From positions 1 through 64,000 of IMG/VR virus record IMGVR_UViG_3300042318_000627: 64,000 bases of DNA; one strand, 5' to 3'. The notes beneath the pieces are model-generated. The model searched no databases, had not been told where the DNA came from, and saw only the letters and a list, made by a program, of their open reading frames with translations. This DNA is from an uncultured virus (IMG/VR IMGVR_UViG_3300042318_000627). Taxonomy: Duplodnaviria > Heunggongvirae > Uroviricota > Caudoviricetes. Shown here one piece after another: positions 18,257-28,100 of the stretch; within the stretch, counting starts at the first letter, position 1; the number at the start of each line of letters is the position of its first letter. The translations under genes and the position numbers were made by a program.

Positions 18257-21200
18257 TCAAACGTGATTTATATGTGAAAATCCATCAATCTTCCTGATTT
18301 CCAGTTGTTTGTCTACCATGTCTCGCATTGCGTCAATATGACTTATTATTATAATAAAATCAAAATGGGGCTTCAGATAATTAAATAACGAATGTAACAT
18401 CGGAAAATTGGATGCATCCAACGCAGATACCCCTTCGTCAACTACCAAAAAGTTGGAACGCGGTAGATTGCTGATGTTGATCAAGGATACTCTCAAAGCC
18501 AAAGCACTAACAAACTTTTCCATACCAGAGCATAGTTCCAATGGCCATTTTTTGTCATCATATTTGATATATACATTGACATTCTTGCCATCTGTTTCAA
18601 TACTCATACTAAACTCAACCATTTGAGATAATATATTATTTACTTCTTGTTCAATTCTTGGAATGGCATCTGAAATAATTTTATATGGTACGCCATCTTT
18701 ACCAATTGAAGTTAGATAATATTGATAAGCAGCAAGCTCGTTTTCATACTCTTCTACTTTTTTGATTTGTTCTTCGATATTTTTTATTTGGTCTGTCAAT
18801 GACACTTTGCGGCTATACGCATCCACATATTCTCGCTCAATATTCTTTAGTTTTGATGTTATAGTAGCAACATCATTTTTCAAATCGTAAACAGATGATT
18901 CAACCAGTTTGTTGCTTTCTACAATTTCTTTGGACTTTTCATACAACTCAACCAGATTGTCAATATCAACTATTCTATTAGAGTTTTTAGAAATTAAATT
19001 ATTGAGATTGGATTTTTCCAGTTCTTTCTTGGAAATGAATGCTGTGAGTGTATTGATAGTTTCTTTGAGCAGCACACTTTGTTCATATTGAGCCACAAAT
19101 GGTTCAACTTCTATAATCTGTGTTTTGATGGTTGATATGGCATCAAACAGTTCTCTTGCATCAGTTTTGTCGGATTCCAAACTATCTTTAGCAGATATAG
19201 CATCTTTTACAAACGCATTATCACAGCAATATTCACAATTTGGATCATATTTGTGGTTGGATAGATGTTCTATTTTCTTGAGTTTTTCTTTGACCACGAG
19301 CTTAAATTTTTCCAATTCTTGCTCAAGACGAGTTTTTTGACGAACAAAACTTGCATGCTTGTCCGATTTTTCTTTTAGATCATCTGGAAATGCAGATAGT
19401 TTATTGGAAGCATCCACATATTCTTTTTTCTTTGACTCTGTGTTTGTGTCAATAACCGAAATAGCATCAACAGATTGACTATTTTTTGTTTCTAAAGTTT
19501 CGCGCTCTTTTTTTAGAGCAAATACATTTGTTGGCACATTTTCAAGTTTTATAATCTTGGCTTGTTGTTCAACGATTTTATTATCAAGTTCATTCTTCTT
19601 TGATGAATATTGATCGCGTTGACCAGTCAAATCAATAAGTTTGGACTCTGCCAATCCCAAATCATTTTTATTGGACTCAATCTTGACTTGATTGTTTTCT
19701 TTGTTGAATGACTTGATGGCACCTGTTAGTTCTTTTAGTTTGTCATTGCCCTTGGCCACAAGTTTATCAAACACATTTAGACCAATGAACTGACACAACA
19801 AATCCTTGCGTTCAGTTTGACCCATTTCAACAAACGACCCTTGATTGCCTTGTAATGCAAGTGAAGTTAGTACAAAGTCATCATAATCGCCGATATAATC
19901 ACGAATGATTTCATTTGTGCTTCTGCGAGCTTCACTGTTGAGGCTAATCTTTTCGTCTTTCTCCATCTTATAGAAGTTTACATCAACTTTTACATTGCCT
20001 TTTTTATCTCTGATGCCTTTGCGCTCAATGATATATTGAATATCATTTATCTCAAATGTGAACTTGCCATGAAAAGACATTTTTTGTGAGTTCATCACAT
20101 GAGTTGCTTTGAATGCTCTGGCACTTTTATCAAATGCTGTAAAGCATAATGCGTCCATCAATGATGATTTTCCGCTCGCATTATTTGCGAACAAACCATA
20201 CACATCTTCCAGTTTAGTAAAGTCAATCACATTGTTTTCACCATAACTAAACATATTACTGAACTCAAACTTGATTGGCTTCCAACGAATGTTGCGTGAA
20301 GTGTCATCTTTGCTCAAATCAGCATTGAGGTCTTTGTTGATTTTATGAACAGACTCAAGTGTGCCATCGTCCATAATATCTGGATATTTAGCTTTGAGTG
20401 CTTCACTAATAAGTTTATTTTGATAATCAACATTGCCAATCTGACTCAAGTTGGCAGCAGCTTGAACACTTACAACTTTAGAAGCATCGTCGCCATCAAC
20501 TCGCATATAAATAATGTCGCTGATTTCATGCGTCTTTTTGATTTCATTTACTACCTTTTTTAGTTCAGTAGCAATAGTTTCTTTGCAACGCACACGAAGT
20601 TTTGGCTTCTTGGGCATTGTGCTTATATCAGTCATCAACTTGCCGTCATCAATATCAATAGTGAAATAACCATAATCATTTGGTATTTCTACATGCTTGT
20701 ATGCTCTGTTCTTTATATCCCACAAACAAATGCCGTGACCAAGCAATGCTTCGCCATGATTTTGTTGAATAACCGAACCAGCATAACGAATGATTGGTTT
20801 TTCTGATACTGGATCGCACATTTGCAGATTTTGTGCCAAATGAATATCACCCAACAATGCCATATCATGACCATCAAACATATCATTCATGATACTCTTG
20901 TTGGTTACGGTATAACCCACATCAGTCTTGGCGTCAAATACACCACCATGAAATAAAGCAATCTTTGTATCAAACTCCGTCTTGATTTTCTTGGTCACAT
21001 CTTTCATTTTTATAAATGAAGTATGGTCGGTGAAAATAGACATGTTATTTATAAGAATATTAGCAAATGAATACAACTTGCTTTCTTTTAGATAATAAAG
21101 ATTGTCATGAGCCAAATTTTCTACAATAGGAGTCAAACTATCCAATCTCGTTGTGTTTGTGAGAAGACAATCATGATTGCCCGCAATAACAATCGTAGGA

Positions 21201-21460
21201 CGCAAATCAGATAAACTCTTTAGAAGGTCGCTCATGAGTTGAACACATTCGGGCGAAAGGTCAACTTTGCTGTGTGTGAGGTCTCCCGCTATAACAACCA
21301 ATGTGTTTACTGGTGTCTTTTTAACCTCTTCATACACCTTCCCAAACACTTCACGATATTCTTCATGGCGTTTGGTCAAACGAATATGAATGTCCGCCAT
21401 ATGAACAATATAATCCACTCTGGTTAGATTGGTGTTTAGTTTCTCAAATGTATCTATCAT
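18257..21460 (-). CDS. Mre11/SbcD nuclease - Rad50/SbcC ATPase fusion (gp47+gp46-like)
   Basis: ADIH, AGDL, AGNHD, LGDIH phosphoesterase motifs; Walker A NNASGKSS, coiled coil with CEYC zinc hook, signature CSGME, Walker B VVDEG, ISH. Confidence 0.92.
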   Translation of the reverse strand: MIDTFEKLNTNLTRVDYIVHMADIHIRLTKRHEEYREVFGKVYEEVKKTPVNTLVVIAGDLTHSKVDLSPECVQLMSDLLKSLSDLRPTIVIAGNHDCLLTNTTRLDSLTPIVENLAHDNLYYLKESKLYSFANILINNMSIFTDHTSFIKMKDVTKKIKTEFDTKIALFHGGVFDAKTDVGYTVTNKSIMNDMFDGHDMALLGDIHLAQNLQMCDPVSEKPIIRYAGSVIQQNHGEALLGHGICLWDIKNRAYKHVEIPNDYGYFTIDIDDGKLMTDISTMPKKPKLRVRCKETIATELKKVVNEIKKTHEISDIIYMRVDGDDASKVVSVQAAANLSQIGNVDYQNKLISEALKAKYPDIMDDGTLESVHKINKDLNADLSKDDTSRNIRWKPIKFEFSNMFSYGENNVIDFTKLEDVYGLFANNASGKSSLMDALCFTAFDKSARAFKATHVMNSQKMSFHGKFTFEINDIQYIIERKGIRDKKGNVKVDVNFYKMEKDEKISLNSEARRSTNEIIRDYIGDYDDFVLTSLALQGNQGSFVEMGQTERKDLLCQFIGLNVFDKLVAKGNDKLKELTGAIKSFNKENNQVKIESNKNDLGLAESKLIDLTGQRDQYSSKKNELDNKIVEQQAKIIKLENVPTNVFALKKERETLETKNSQSVDAISVIDTNTESKKKEYVDASNKLSAFPDDLKEKSDKHASFVRQKTRLEQELEKFKLVVKEKLKKIEHLSNHKYDPNCEYCCDNAFVKDAISAKDSLESDKTDARELFDAISTIKTQIIEVEPFVAQYEQSVLLKETINTLTAFISKKELEKSNLNNLISKNSNRIVDIDNLVELYEKSKEIVESNKLVESSVYDLKNDVATITSKLKNIEREYVDAYSRKVSLTDQIKNIEEQIKKVEEYENELAAYQYYLTSIGKDGVPYKIISDAIPRIEQEVNNILSQMVEFSMSIETDGKNVNVYIKYDDKKWPLELCSGMEKFVSALALRVSLINISNLPRSNFLVVDEGVSALDASNFPMLHSLFNYLKPHFDFIIIISHIDAMRDMVDKQLEIRKIDGFSHINHV

Positions 21461-22392
21461 AAAGTTTTTAGTTCGGCTATAAGCTTTGGCTCGTCAAATG
21501 TGGTTTCTTTCACCCGAAAGAACTTACATTTTAGGCACTCTTCTATTTGTTGTTGTCTTATTGTATCTTTTTCTTTTAGCGTTCCATCCACATTATAATG
21601 ATGCGGTTCGTCCCACTCAATCACTATATTGCGGGTTGGTTCGTAATAGTCAATCCAATATCCAAGTTTTGCGAGGAAATGTTCTCCGCCATTCATTGCG
21701 TGCTTTCCATCCCACCCAAGTGCGGAGTTTATATTATCAAATACTTTACACGCGGATTTATTATATGATGGGACTATTTGATGGCCATTGTATTTGTCTT
21801 CCGCTATTTCTTTTATTCTTTTCAACCGAAGCTTTGTTTTGCCTTCTTCCGATATTATTGGACCGGGAATATTTTTTAGTTTTCTTGTTTCGCTTATTTT
21901 CTTTCGAGTTTCTAATGTATGATTTTTTCCATACATTCCGTTATTCTCTCCCGCGTTGATTTCTTTTAGCCGTTCTATGGTTGCCAATGAGTGTTTTTTT
22001 CCCAGCATTGGATGTGTATATTTTTTATGTCTTTTTACAAGACCGGCGCTGACATTTTTTCTCTGCGCTTCGGTCATTTTTACTCCACCTCTGTATGGAG
22101 GTTTATATCCAGCATCCATTCTTTTTTTGGCATGACAAGAACCGCATAAAGATTTTCTCTTTTTTCCGATTTGGTATCCACGCTTTGACTCGTATATCAA
22201 CATCTTATTACACTTTGGGCAGTGTCTTATTCTTTTCTTTTGATCCCCAATAACGACCCATTCGGTTTTCACAGATAAGTGCTCTATGACGACTATAGTA
22301 TAGTTTTGCTCGCTTCCGATTGTCTTCTCGGATTGACTCTGCGGTTCTTGTTTTTTTTCTTCCCATGATGATGTTGTGTTTGTATTGTTCAT
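21457..22392 (-). CDS. Free-standing homing endonuclease (NUMOD3 repeats + Vsr/DUF559-like nuclease)
   Basis: HPMLGKKHS, NGMYGKNHTLETRKKIS (NUMOD3); YWIDYYE..NIVIEWDEPHHY; N-terminal CPKC/CGSC. Confidence 0.8.
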   Translation of the reverse strand: MNNTNTTSSWEEKKQEPQSQSEKTIGSEQNYTIVVIEHLSVKTEWVVIGDQKKRIRHCPKCNKMLIYESKRGYQIGKKRKSLCGSCHAKKRMDAGYKPPYRGGVKMTEAQRKNVSAGLVKRHKKYTHPMLGKKHSLATIERLKEINAGENNGMYGKNHTLETRKKISETRKLKNIPGPIISEEGKTKLRLKRIKEIAEDKYNGHQIVPSYNKSACKVFDNINSALGWDGKHAMNGGEHFLAKLGYWIDYYEPTRNIVIEWDEPHHYNVDGTLKEKDTIRQQQIEECLKCKFFRVKETTFDEPKLIAELKTL

Positions 22393-22455
22393 ATAAACAT
22401 AAATATATGTTGTTAGAACAAAAAGTGTTAGAACATACTTATTATATTATTATTA

Positions 22456-23427
22456 TTATTCCAATCTTAGCATTGTTAGTGCTCTAAAGTCAAGCACATC
22501 TGTTTTTCTAATCTGTTCCATTGTTTCAACAAATCCCAATGTGTTTGGGTCTTTGCCTTGCAGTCGAACCAACTTGGCTATTTTACCAATAGAGTTTATA
22601 TATTCTGCGATGCGAATTGCATTATTCAATGCATCATCATCCAACACAATATTCACTTCTGGACATTTGCTTTGTATAATAGATGTCTTGAGTTTTTGAC
22701 TCATACTTTTTCCAAAAAGTGGAATTGCATTTCTTTTTAGCGAGATTGCATCCAAAGCACCCTCACATAAATAAATTGGAAAATCAAAATCAACAAGGTT
22801 CTCAAATCCTACAATATTTTTACTAAACTCGCTGTTCTTGTATTTGTAGCCATCATCATAATAACTGCGGCAACTATAAAAGTTTAAGTTATTGTTTTTA
22901 TCATATGACGGAAATACAAGACGATTGGCAAATGGACCTGTTGCACAATATCCAATATTGTATTTTATAATATCACAGAATGATAGTTTGCGTTTTTTTG
23001 CATAGTTTAATGCAATACGATATTCTATACTATCATCATTTTCAGCTAAACTTTTAAACTCATCTGGTAAACATAATATTTCACCACAATCTTCATATAC
23101 TTTATTTGAAGTTAGTGAAGCAATCTTTTTATCAAACTCTGATAAACTATTTTTAGAAACATGTGCTCCTACAAGAGATTCCAACTTGTTGAACTGTTCT
23201 TGCGTGGCTTGTGCAAGTTTCAACAACCAATATAATCCTCTGCCTTTTATATTACATGTCCAACAATGCCAAGCATTTGGAGCATCAAGACACACTTCCA
23301 ATTTTCGCTTGCGATGATGACATTTTGGACAATGATATTGTAAATTATTTCCTTTACGCAGTCGTCCTGTGTCTTTTAGAACATTATTTACTAAAATTGT
23401 GAGTTCTGATGTTTTTAGCGACGACAT
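22456..23427 (-). CDS. DNA primase (Zn finger + TOPRIM)
   Basis: CPKC..WHCWTC; RLVFP; LCEGALDAI; VLDDDA; KDPN. Confidence 0.9.
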   Translation of the reverse strand: MSSLKTSELTILVNNVLKDTGRLRKGNNLQYHCPKCHHRKRKLEVCLDAPNAWHCWTCNIKGRGLYWLLKLAQATQEQFNKLESLVGAHVSKNSLSEFDKKIASLTSNKVYEDCGEILCLPDEFKSLAENDDSIEYRIALNYAKKRKLSFCDIIKYNIGYCATGPFANRLVFPSYDKNNNLNFYSCRSYYDDGYKYKNSEFSKNIVGFENLVDFDFPIYLCEGALDAISLKRNAIPLFGKSMSQKLKTSIIQSKCPEVNIVLDDDALNNAIRIAEYINSIGKIAKLVRLQGKDPNTLGFVETMEQIRKTDVLDFRALTMLRLE

Positions 23428-23437
23428 TTACACCGTC

Positions 23438-23465
23438 ACTATACACAAAAGTGTTATATGGTCAA
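23438..23465 (-). promoter_or_regulatory. Sigma70-like promoter of primase
   Basis: TTGACC-N16-TATAGT with an extended TG, 10 nt upstream of the ATG. Confidence 0.55.
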
Positions 23466-23477
23466 ACTATAAAATCA

Positions 23478-23768
23478 TTAGTATTGCTTATCGCCCTTTT
23501 CACTCTCATCTACAATCATAACAATATCATTCATATAATCGCGCAAATCACGAAGCGCCTCTGTTGGGTCTTCTCTATTTTCATATGCAGAGATCATTGT
23601 GCGTTTTGCAATTTTTCTACATAATATGCTATTTTGTTTAAGACGATGTATTTCGTGTATCAATGCCTGTATAAGTTCTTTTTCATCTTTAACAAGTCTT
23701 GACTTTATTGGAAAGTCTGGTCCATTATTAAATGCTTGCCTTGCTATTGATGCTGGAGAATGGTTCAT
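23478..23768 (-). CDS. Hypothetical protein
   Basis: 96-aa ORF preceded by TATTTATA (23773-23780). Confidence 0.65.
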   Translation of the reverse strand: MNHSPASIARQAFNNGPDFPIKSRLVKDEKELIQALIHEIHRLKQNSILCRKIAKRTMISAYENREDPTEALRDLRDYMNDIVMIVDESEKGDKQY

Positions 23769-23797
23769 ATGTTATAAATATAACACCAAGACAGAAA

Positions 23798-24289
23798 TCA
23801 ACCCGCTAAACTTAATACTATAGCATCTCTAACATCTTCCATTCTTTTTTCTTCATTGCCCTTTTTATTAAGAATAGTCCAAGGCTTCATGTCATATAAC
23901 TTCTCAACTTGCTCTTTTACAAACACTTTTGACTTTATTCCTTTGGCACGCGCCATGCCAAATGCTTTCTTTCGTGCTGTTTGAGCATGTATGCTATCTA
24001 CTTTCAATTTATAATGGTTTTCTAGTATATAACCAACAACTGCCTTGTTTTTAACAAGTTTGATTATAACTTGCTGCGAAGTGCCTCCACCAGCAAATCC
24101 AAACAAGCTTTCTTCAATCATTATTTTCTCAAAAGTTTGATCTTTTAAAGCAGTTATAATAAGTTCTGCTTTAGCAGCATACTCAATCGCATCTGAAATA
24201 TCAACAAACCCAGCACCAAGAATAATCTTATCTTCTGCTACAGCCCAACCACAAGTTGTGGTGGATAAATCTAATCCCAATACTTTCAT
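23798..24289 (-). CDS. RuvC-like Holliday junction resolvase
   Basis: VLGLDLSTTTCGWA, IMIEE, EDVRDAI acidic RNase-H fold motifs. Confidence 0.85.
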   Translation of the reverse strand: MKVLGLDLSTTTCGWAVAEDKIILGAGFVDISDAIEYAAKAELIITALKDQTFEKIMIEESLFGFAGGGTSQQVIIKLVKNKAVVGYILENHYKLKVDSIHAQTARKKAFGMARAKGIKSKVFVKEQVEKLYDMKPWTILNKKGNEEKRMEDVRDAIVLSLAG

Positions 24290-24312
24290 ATAACCTTTTT
24301 ATAAAAATTATA

Positions 24313-24642
24313 TTACAAACGACCAGATGGTGCGTACTTTGTGGTATTAATACCTTTGGTATCAATGTAATTCAATCCCGCGTCTGTAAATTGGGTGATT
24401 TGAATTGGTTGCTTGATCTTAAAGTTTGCTTGTGCAAAATCGTTTCCGGCTGCGCCAATTGGAGTTCCGTTGATTGCATTGGTTGCGGTGTTATCCAAGC
24501 CCACATCTTTGGCACTGCCGCCACCAACGTTGGCAAGATCTTGATATCTTTTATAAATACCTTCAAGACCGCCATCGGTCAATGAATGTCTGTCAATTGG
24601 TGCTTTTGGATCTGGTCTTGGACTTGTTGAACCTGGGTGCAT
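24313..24642 (-). CDS. Hypothetical protein (possibly virion)
   Basis: 109-aa ORF preceded by TATTTATA (24666-24673). Confidence 0.65.
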   Translation of the reverse strand: MHPGSTSPRPDPKAPIDRHSLTDGGLEGIYKRYQDLANVGGGSAKDVGLDNTATNAINGTPIGAAGNDFAQANFKIKQPIQITQFTDAGLNYIDTKGINTTKYAPSGRL

Positions 24643-24678
24643 ATATAGTTTCTCCTGTTGTTTATTATAAATATAATG

Positions 24679-27600
24679 TTATGTATCAAAACGGACAATA
24701 ATATTGACTGGCCAATCAATTAAATTTTTTATAGGACGGCCAAGTTTGCCAACTGCCACAAGTTGATTGTCTTGATATAATCCAATCGTAGTAACACATG
24801 GTGACAAGAATGAACCAGTTGCGTCATATGATGAACTATATTGATAACCAATAAATTCTGGATTTACTCTGAATGGATTGTTGCCGCAATATGGATTTAG
24901 ATAATCTTCTATATCTTTGACATATCTACGAGTTGAATCTGATGTGAGATATTGTGCCAAAGTACTTGGATTTAATCTCTTCAACACATATAGTGCCAAT
25001 ATATAACCATCATTCATGTTGATTTTTCCATCACCATCAATATCCAATAAACCAGTATCATATAAATTATTTGTTATAAACATATATGCAGTGTTGTTGA
25101 ATGCTGACAAATATGAATATTTGATGCTGGATGCCGTATCATCTTCTTGTTGTAACACATCTTCGGATTCTGTTTGAAGAATATCATTTGCCCACCAACT
25201 AAAATCGGTGTTTGTGTCTTGTTCCAAAACAATGCCATTATCATCCAACACATAATCTGCATAAAACTTCTTGAGTTTCAAGTATCTCATGATAAGATCT
25301 ACATCTTTATAATCAAACACACCATCTTGATTTACATCAAATGTAAGAGGGTTTGGCTGCAATGAAGTTGGGTTGGTACTATAATTAAATTCACCCGGTC
25401 TTATTGACACAAGATATTCATGTTCATATATTGTATGAGCACCTTGATAATCCAAAGTAAATCCGCGAGAACCAGTTCCTGTCATCACATCATGATACAT
25501 TGAAGATGTATTGGTGATGGCCAAATGTCCATTCTTATAAAACACATTGCCAATCTTTGGATCAACTTCATATTTGTTCATGTCATACACAAACACAGAA
25601 CCAGAATATGATGATGAAAATGAACCAGATTGATTTATTGGGTCCAACGCATCATTGCAAACGGAACCAACCACCAAATTCTGCCAGTCTCCACCCGCCA
25701 TTATGCTTCCGGACCATGCACAGAATGAATATGTAAAAGGCGATACACTCTGTGTGACAAAGTGGTTGGTGTTGCCATTACTTCCGCTGTACCAGATATC
25801 CATGTAATAATCTCCGTAGTAAAGAACGGAATCTACGGTGTATGAATAAGAACGAATGGAAGGAGCTAAATTTACGATTGGTGCTCCGACGCACATAAAA
25901 TCGGATGCGATAGAAACAGAATATCCGTAGATATTGTATGGATGATTTTCTTCTTTGTTTCTTCTCAATTCACCGGCTCTATACCAGTTGTCATTTGTAA
26001 AATCAAAATTATACAATGTCACTCTACCCAACACAGAATCTAAAGAAGCAGAAGATTCATATGCATAATTTTCCAATATATAAGAACCGCTAGAATATAC
26101 CACAGTTCTACCCAAAGTATCTGGTAATGAAGTAACTGCGGCTGTTGTACCGTCAATAGATACGGCATGTCCAAAATTATTATTGGTCAGATATTCTCTG
26201 TTTCCAAATGTTTTTGTCAGAAGGTCATATTGCCACGCCAAACATGCTTCATCATATCTATATGTGTATAAATATGCCGCGCCCAAAATCATAGCATTTC
26301 CTGTATATCCATAGTATGGCTTAAAACCTTTATCGGCTTTGCACCCGATAATCAAGTTTTTTCCGCTTATATCCACGCTGTAACCAAACATGTCGGACAC
26401 AATTGTATCGGACGCATCGACGGAATATTCCGGAGCATCAATATTCAAATCACCATAACCCGAAGTTGCGGTGAATAGTTGATTTTGGCTCCAAGATGCA
26501 GTTGGGCATGCGGATAGAGATGCTGAGTGATAAGAACATGTGAACACAGCCGCGTAGCCTTTACCGGGTTTGTTTGTTCCTACAACCAATCGGTTTGAAT
26601 CTAAAGATACACACCATCCAAAGTTGTCACCGACAGACTGATTGCTTGGAGTGATTGTAGTTTCATACACCCACGAATAGTTTCCGGAAACAAATGTTGG
26701 TGTATAACTTTGTGACGCAATATATGAACCGGTTTGCAGTTCTTTGCAAAAATCTTCTTGTGTAACAACCTGCATCCACACGGAACCGGTGTTGATACTT
26801 TGACATGGATATTCAGCATCCATGTATCTTTTCTTTCTGTACAAATATACTGCACCCTTACTGCCGCTAACACCTGTAGCACCAACCGCTAATATATCAT
26901 TGTCTATTGCAACCGACGCGCCAAATCTGTCTCCGTTGCTTTTTCCTTTTAGAATATTAATTATTCCCCAATTATCTTCGCCACCCTTGTATCTGTCATA
27001 AACACACACAAAACCTGGATACATACTTGAAGAACATACTGAACCCGTTGGAGAACCAACCGCCAAAAAATTATCTCGCACACACACAGATGTTCCAAAA
27101 GAATCTTTAAAATATGACGATGTGTCTGTCAAACTTTGAGTAAATGGAAAATGAATCTTTGCAATTGGACGATGATGACCCCGAGTTTCATCATACTTGA
27201 ATAACGCGGCATGACCAATGCGAGCATCGGATAAACTATAAGCATCCATAGATGAACCAACCGCAACATATTTGGACCAACAACTCACAGATTCACCAAA
27301 GTGTTCATTTTCGGGAAAAAATAAATCCTGATGACTTCCTGTGTTTAATACCCACTCAGATCCACTTGATACTGGTGGAACATATGTTACTTGAAGCCCC
27401 ATCGCCATATATTGTTTGGCATTAATATAATTAACATATTGCGTGGAACCATTACTAAATGTTACATAAAATAAACCACTACCCGTGTCCCATTGTGAAA
27501 TTGATACGTGAGTGTCTCTTATTGCTTGTATCTCTGCCGTTGATGGAAAGTGCGAACCGGTTGCATACAAGTTGGTGTAACCATCGTCATGAATTTTTAG

Positions 27601-28059
27601 AGTCTGGTGAATATCAGAATCATCCACAAGTTTAACCGTATTTGGTATAACTTTTTCACCATATACATTATGTTTCAATGTGGCAGTGATGATGCGATCA
27701 TGAATTTCACGAACTTCTTCTTTTCCAGTTTTTGGATCTTGTGTATATTCTTCAACACCAAACAACTTGATTGGTTCGCCGACATTCTTATAAAACATAG
27801 CATCGGTCATACTATGTATATTTCTGGCATATTTACCAGAAGAATTTATTGGCTCATTGGTTGATACATAGTATATGCTACCAGACGGATAAAATGGAGT
27901 TGAAAGTTTAAGACCTTCATTCACTTCCATTCTTCCATTATAATAAGTGCTATCACCATATGTGTTTACGCTCGCAGAATCAATGCTTTGTAATGTCCAA
28001 TGCTTGAACGTGCTAAATGGTCTTACTGTGATGTCTCCCGCAGTGAACTGCTTAATCAT
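24679..28059 (-). CDS. Tail/baseplate-associated protein with FG-GAP beta-propeller and dockerin-like Ca-binding pair
   Basis: Seven FGxSVxI...LxVG blades; DVNQDGVFDYKD and DIDGDGKINMND; C-terminal TTIGLY..LVAVGKL..P shared with the neighbouring gene. Confidence 0.75.
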   Translation of the reverse strand: MIKQFTAGDITVRPFSTFKHWTLQSIDSASVNTYGDSTYYNGRMEVNEGLKLSTPFYPSGSIYYVSTNEPINSSGKYARNIHSMTDAMFYKNVGEPIKLFGVEEYTQDPKTGKEEVREIHDRIITATLKHNVYGEKVIPNTVKLVDDSDIHQTLKIHDDGYTNLYATGSHFPSTAEIQAIRDTHVSISQWDTGSGLFYVTFSNGSTQYVNYINAKQYMAMGLQVTYVPPVSSGSEWVLNTGSHQDLFFPENEHFGESVSCWSKYVAVGSSMDAYSLSDARIGHAALFKYDETRGHHRPIAKIHFPFTQSLTDTSSYFKDSFGTSVCVRDNFLAVGSPTGSVCSSSMYPGFVCVYDRYKGGEDNWGIINILKGKSNGDRFGASVAIDNDILAVGATGVSGSKGAVYLYRKKRYMDAEYPCQSINTGSVWMQVVTQEDFCKELQTGSYIASQSYTPTFVSGNYSWVYETTITPSNQSVGDNFGWCVSLDSNRLVVGTNKPGKGYAAVFTCSYHSASLSACPTASWSQNQLFTATSGYGDLNIDAPEYSVDASDTIVSDMFGYSVDISGKNLIIGCKADKGFKPYYGYTGNAMILGAAYLYTYRYDEACLAWQYDLLTKTFGNREYLTNNNFGHAVSIDGTTAAVTSLPDTLGRTVVYSSGSYILENYAYESSASLDSVLGRVTLYNFDFTNDNWYRAGELRRNKEENHPYNIYGYSVSIASDFMCVGAPIVNLAPSIRSYSYTVDSVLYYGDYYMDIWYSGSNGNTNHFVTQSVSPFTYSFCAWSGSIMAGGDWQNLVVGSVCNDALDPINQSGSFSSSYSGSVFVYDMNKYEVDPKIGNVFYKNGHLAITNTSSMYHDVMTGTGSRGFTLDYQGAHTIYEHEYLVSIRPGEFNYSTNPTSLQPNPLTFDVNQDGVFDYKDVDLIMRYLKLKKFYADYVLDDNGIVLEQDTNTDFSWWANDILQTESEDVLQQEDDTASSIKYSYLSAFNNTAYMFITNNLYDTGLLDIDGDGKINMNDGYILALYVLKRLNPSTLAQYLTSDSTRRYVKDIEDYLNPYCGNNPFRVNPEFIGYQYSSSYDATGSFLSPCVTTIGLYQDNQLVAVGKLGRPIKNLIDWPVNIIVRFDT

Positions 28060-28100
28060 ATAGACATAAATATTTGTCTACACTGGGATTTACCCGTTAC

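Noticed and set aside
21486..21959. 157-aa plus-strand ORF
   Set aside because: Antisense shadow of the NUMOD3 endonuclease, with no recognisable motif.
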